Shown here: piece after piece, positions 58,700 through 64,000 of the stretch
How positions within the stretch are numbered: position 1 is the first letter of the stretch
Layout of the letters: each line of letters opens with the position of its first letter
Source of the DNA: Gonapodya sp. JEL0774
Lineage: Eukaryota
Length of the DNA: 64,000 nt
NCBI GenBank assembly: GCA_027604505.1
Contig: JADIIX010000092.1
Coordinates: forward strand, 1 to 64,000
Direction of reading: 5' to 3'
The notes under the pieces: model-generated
Seen by the model: only the letters and a program-made list of their open reading frames with translations
Told to the model about the DNA's origin: nothing
Databases searched by the model: none
Position numbers and translations under genes: made by a program

Positions 58700-61130
58700 A
58701 TGACCGTGCCCGCCCTGCCTTCCTCGGTGCAAAATCAGGTTGATGCGCTCAGCTTGAAACTCAGACGACGGTGATTTCTTCTTTTGCCTTTCTCCCCCGT
58801 AGCTCAACCTTCATCCTCATAAGCATTTCTTCTGCAGGCAATTGGTAGACTCCATTGAGATCGCACTGCAGGTCACAGTGGTGCTGAGGAGTGTAATCGC
58901 ATCCACGAAAGGACCGAATGCAAAGGCACTGTTGGATGCCGTTAGGAGTGTTGGAAGGAGGTTGGAACTCGCCCAACCCACTGGTGAGTGCTGAAGCTAT
59001 TTTGATCGAGTAGAGCGAAAAAAACAATTGGAAGCATACGGATTTAATGGCGACCGATATTCAAGGGAATTCGGTTGGTCTCAATGGATGATCCCCAGCA
59101 CGAGTTGTCTCTCGTCTTGCTGCACCGAATGGCAGTCGGGTCCGTCGAGGCCGAGTTTTGTCCGCACAAGCCGCTGGTTGCTCTGAGTGTCTGCTTCTTG
59201 AAATGGTCCACTTTGCGACATCCATTGAGGATTTTAGTGAATGTTTTGTCAAACGGTGGTGAAACTCTCAATCTTCTGTTCGTGACATTTTTTCAACTCC
59301 ATTTCGAACCGTGGTTTGTCTCTTGTGCGTTTTCACATCCCCCTCATCTCGGACTGTCTACTCGGCGTTGGTTTCCGATCGCACTGTCCACTACAAACCA
59401 CACCTTTAAAGAGGTTGTCGTCGGCAACATCGTCCGCCGCATCCTTCACCTCATCCGCGAAGAGTGCCGTGTCATCAACCAAGAATACGCCCAATCTCAA
59501 TCCCAATCCCAATCTAGAACCCAGTCACCAAACTGTCGTCCCACCCCACCAACCCCTGTCTCACCCACCCAAAATTCTGCACCCACCGACCCCACGCACC
59601 CCCACTCCACGCCTCATTTTATCGGTGACACTCCCACCCGACATGAACCCTCAGATTACACCAGAAATATGGCAGACTTGAAGGCTATTGTCGTCGACTC
59701 AATAAAGGATTTGCAGGATGAGTTGGAGACGCACGAGGCTAGGATCGCGGCGGAGGCGCTGGAACATATTCATTCCAAGTGAGTAGGAGACAGGTCGCGT
59801 GATGGTGGGTGAGGGGAGAATCTCTCGGGTCGTTGAATGGCAGGTTGGATCTGGTGAGGTTCCACTTTAGTACAGAAGCGGCAATCACAGTCGCAGCGCT
59901 TGTCGTTCTATTAGGATAGATGCGGATATTAGGCGACAAGGAACGAGAGATACTGGAGCTTCACTGTGGAGTCTGCGTGTTTCGTTCCGTAAACGCCAAC
60001 CGACCACCAGTCAATCCCCACTCATTCAATCACTGCTTTGTCACCCGAAGCGAAATTATCATGACCCTCGGCAACTCTAAAACCGTCCTGTTGTTCCTCC
60101 TCAAGGCCGCAAAGACCAGGAGGTTTCAAGTTATCGTGGCAGAGGGTGCGCCAAGGTGAGTTACAGAATAGGGAGATGTTGGTTGTGCGAGACGGTGAGA
60201 CACGTGGGGGATGGCGCGGCGTCGCATCCTTGCGGTCGTTTCGTGCGGACATTTCCAAAACTGCGGTTTCGATAGCCTCAATTTTGCAATGAGAGCTACC
60301 GCTTTAGTTGTACGGCCTGTCGCTTATCGCATTGAGACCCATTTCTCCGCCTTCTTTCCACCGTAGTTTCGCCGGCCACATCATGGCCAAAACCCTTGCC
60401 CAACACAATATAGACACCACCGTCATTTCAGACTCCGCAGTATTTGCGGTGATGAGTAGGGTGAACAAAGTTATTTTGGGGACCCACGCCGGTGAGTACA
60501 TGCTGAGCGGAGTTAAGCTTCGGCGCAACACCAATTTTGTTCGCCTCGTTCTATCCATCCCACTCCGCAAGTAACTGCGAACGGCGGTCTCATCAGTCCC
60601 AGCCTCTCCCTCATACTCGCTCAATCCGCAAAATCTCATTCCGTACCCGTTGTAGTCTGCTGTGGACTGTACAAGGTGTCGCCCGTTTATCCTTATGACC
60701 TCGAGGAATGGGAATTGGTGCAAAGTCCTGAGCGGGTATTGGGGAGGGATGCAGGTCGGTTGACATTTTGAAAGGGGGCAGTGCGCTTTGGGCTCACATT
60801 GGCTTGAGGTACCTTCTTTTGCTCTCCGATAACGTTATTGCTTGGTCATCACTAGGTGAATTCATGGACCGGGTCGATGTTTTGAACCCGGCATTGGAGT
60901 ATGTACCGCCAGATCTCGTCGCGCTGTTTATTACCAACGTGTGAGTCTCTTTACTGGGAGGTTGCCATGGCAGATTGATGGTGATCCGTGTTGGTTGACT
61001 CATCTCATCAATCTCACTAATTTGTGGGACTCTTTCCCTGGTGGAACCCCACAGAGGATCACACTCACCAACCTACATGTACAGGCTTATATCCGAATTT
61101 TATAGCAAGGAGGATGGATTACTAGAATAA
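58700..61130 (+). CDS. GCD7: Translation initiation factor eIF2B subunit beta; multi-exon
   Basis: [67 protein letters not shown] and [13 protein letters not shown]. Confidence 0.95.
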
Positions 61131-61398
61131 ACTCATTTGGATGATATCTTTCTCTGGGCACAACTCAAGAAACACTTCAGAAGGCATGGTGGAAGCCGTC
61201 ATGTTGACTTTTCATGCTCCGCAACACATTCAACAATGACTTCCAAATGACCGAGATCGATATCAGAATCACAATTTTTGCCATATATGACCACAACCAC
61301 CATGAAAGCTAAATGCTGAAGGTAGTAGGATGCGCTCACTATGCGTTCGAGAGGCACCATGAGTATTGAAAAAATACATCATAGCTGACAATTACACG

Positions 61399-62019
61399 GA
61401 TAGACAGGAGCTCTGCTATGTGGAGTAAATTTGTATTGATAGACAGGAGCTCTGCTGTGTGGAGGAAATTTGTATTCCTCCACGTCCGATCCCGAGCACA
61501 AATCTCGGCCCCCACCGAGATCAATGAACAGCCCTGTCTCATGTGGATGAACAATCCTTTGCTGCAACCACGACTTCCGTCCCCCACCACAAAAAACACT
61601 CACCGTCAGGTGTCAGGGCGAACCTCATTGAAAGACACCTCGGCAACTGTCACGGCATACTCAAAGTCAAACGCGGGTCCACAAAACCGCGGATGCGATA
61701 TGCAGTGGAATGAAACGAGAAACGGTTAGTGTGCTGGTGCGCGGAAACAAACTCGACCAACCGGATGCGAACGGGCGAGCAATGATCGTACCGATCCCGA
61801 GAACAAAATCTCAGCCCCGACCGAGATCAGTGAAGAGCCCCTGTCTCATGTGAATCAACAATCCTTTGCTGCAACCACGGCTCCCAGTGCTCTCTAACTC
61901 CTGCAGTTACTGACCCGCACAGGTACACTCAACGCCATGGCGCAACTCAAGGAATAGCCGCCAGAATCTTAGCCTTGAACAAAATCAGTGAAGAGCCCAC
62001 TGTCTGATGTGGATCAACA
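61399..62019. repeat. Local direct repeats: 39-bp tandem pair plus two ~95-bp copies and one partial copy
   Basis: 61399-61437 and 61438-61476 are near-identical. 61486-61578 resembles 61791-61885, with a partial copy at 61978-62019. Confidence 0.85.
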
Positions 62020-63217
62020 TGACTCTTCACAATGCAACGCAAAGAGTGAGTCCACTCGGGAAATGCCTGCATCCAATCGTCCAGCGGAATGAACGACTTA
62101 CATCAAGTGCGCGTGGAGAAAGTAAAATGTATGAACAGGCATCTTGCTTCTCGCTTGTGAAGGTATATGGCCGCTATATATCAACCGGCGGATTGATGCC
62201 AAATACGTAAGGTAAAGCGGCATGTGGGGTTTCCAACCTTGACATGTGGCATCCACTTCCGCTCCACATATCACAATAGCAAGAACAGATATGATAGCAC
62301 TGTAAGTCAGCAAGTGGTGACGTTGCATGCCTCCAGGATGGCGTGAGGAATTACCTGTCCGCTGGCAGAGGATGTGTCCCGCCCTCGCGTTTGGCGGCTT
62401 GAGGACTCGCAGAAGCGCGAGCTATGGACAAATTCTCATGACATGTTGATTTAATCAGGTTCGTTGGTAGATTGAAGTGCGTGAACGGCCTGCAAGGTCA
62501 ATTCAGAAGGATTCAGGCGATGGGAACCAAAGAGACACCGGCGGAAGAAGTCCGCAGCAATCATGGACATGAATAGAACCTGTTGCAGCTGAGAGTAGTT
62601 ATGAACCTTTGGTCTTCTTAGGAAGATATCCGGGACGTGAGGGTGCCAGATTTAAGACAGATTGCGCACGATGCGGGTGTGTGGATAGAAGGACTGCGGG
62701 CGGGCGCCCGTGCACGGTGGGAGATCCAGTTTCTGCAGCACAACCATGTGTCTGCCCATAACGCAGAAACCCCTTCATTATCTGACCAAGGCACTGCCGC
62801 AGGACACTTTCCATGAGCATGAGCAGCACTGGTGTGGAATGAGCAGGTACACAGCACAGCACGCAGATTTGGCACGAAAGTCGTACAAGCCGCCATGGCA
62901 CGAGCACAAGAGAATCGCCAGACAAGCCCACTGTGAATGAGAGTGAAATCAGAGCGTCGGGAAGACTCCCGACGCTGGGTTACGCGTTACCGATGTGGAG
63001 GTCAATTAGATTGAGACCAATAGACTGACTTTGTTTGCAGACAATAATCAACCGATTACCAGTTTCTTGGCTGAAAATGAGTTTTGTATTTGAATGGCTT
63101 TGGGGAGGCGAGGAAAGCGACAACACTGTGAGAACCTCATCCCAGATCCGATAATGCAATTACGGGAGCGGCGTGAATGAGCGAGCGCGTCGCATTCAAA
63201 CCAAAAACACTTAATCG

Positions 63218-64000
63218 ATGGAGCCGGAAAAGGCGCGCGATGCCGAAGCGAAGGTGAAGATGGAATTTGGGGAATCTGGGATGACCACGCAGGTGTCTCT
63301 GTCTCCCACACTTGGAAACCCCACAATCCAACAGGGACAGACTGAACCTGCAGACGGTTCGCCACAAATCCAGTCGTCTTTGGCGCAAACCTTACCGCCG
63401 CCGCCGTCGTCGTCGTCTCGCACCATCTTTGCTGCGTTGCTCCACCTTGTTCGCACAAATGACAGAAGCGGCCTCCGCCATCTAATAAAGTCAAATAATA
63501 AGACTCTCGTGGTGCTTAGGAATGGGAAGGATGATTCGGGCTCTGGTTTGCTTGCTCATGCAGTTGTGTGCGGACACATGGACATGGTGGCCTTGCTACT
63601 GAAGGTGCGTTATCAGTTTACCGCACCCCCTTAAGAGTCCGGGCTTGCTATGTGGATACGTGTGTGTCTAGCGTGATGTGTGTATAAGTGTGTGTGAACG
63701 ATAGGAGCTCTGGTGTTAGCTTGTTTGAAGATGGTTGGTGGCAGAACACCAAATGCACTCGAGGCTCAAGCGGTGGCGCTCGAGTATTGGTGCGCTTGGA
63801 CACATATTTCAGATGCGGGTCCGAGATCTAGGACTTAGAACCTGAGCCCAAGTGACGAGGTTGACGTTCTCTTCTTTCTGGTGTGCAAACACATTCACCA
63901 CGCGGCAACCTGGACCTCCCAGCTGGCATGTGATCCAAATTCCGCCAACGCTTATGGCTGGACCCCTCTCACTCTAGCTGCCTACTATGGCCTGACAGAT
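63218..64000 (+). CDS. Ankyrin-repeat protein, 5' part (runs off the window)
   Basis: GSGLLAHAVVCGHMDMVALLLK/...CDPNSANAYGWTPLTLAAYYGLTD. Confidence 0.85.

Noticed and set aside
62098..62940. Short ORFs, one with a signal-peptide-like start
   Set aside because: No recognisable domain or consistent exon chain; insufficient support.

Overview
Intron-rich eukaryotic genomic DNA, almost certainly fungal (eEF3, GARS-AIRS fusion, GT(G/A)AGT donors). The intron density suggests an early-diverging lineage, but the organism cannot be named from sequence alone. Most of the window is tightly packed housekeeping genes: NKAP, RPL33, THOC5, RIO2, NPL4 (partial), a frataxin last exon, an M14 carboxypeptidase, a glomulin/ALF4-like gene, eEF3, ADE4, a HAD hydrolase, RER1, a METTL6-like methyltransferase, GPI1, ADE5,7, CAF1, eIF2B-beta and an ankyrin protein. 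Two accessory zones lie between them. The most notable observations are: (1) a ~1.6 kb foldback fused to a decayed Crypton-type fragment, with CpG->TpG/CpA decay visible between the arms; (2) an intronless stand-alone NRPS-type condensation-domain gene; (3) a truncated NPL4 abutting an orphan frataxin exon, probably an assembly deletion; (4) ADE4 and ADE5,7 co-located; (5) a C-rich/G-rich skew oscillation phased with exon-intron structure in GC-rich blocks; (6) a 4-nt microexon, a GC-AG intron and a candidate intronic H/ACA snoRNA. Gene boundaries were spliced by eye and family calls come from recalled motifs; no database searches were run.
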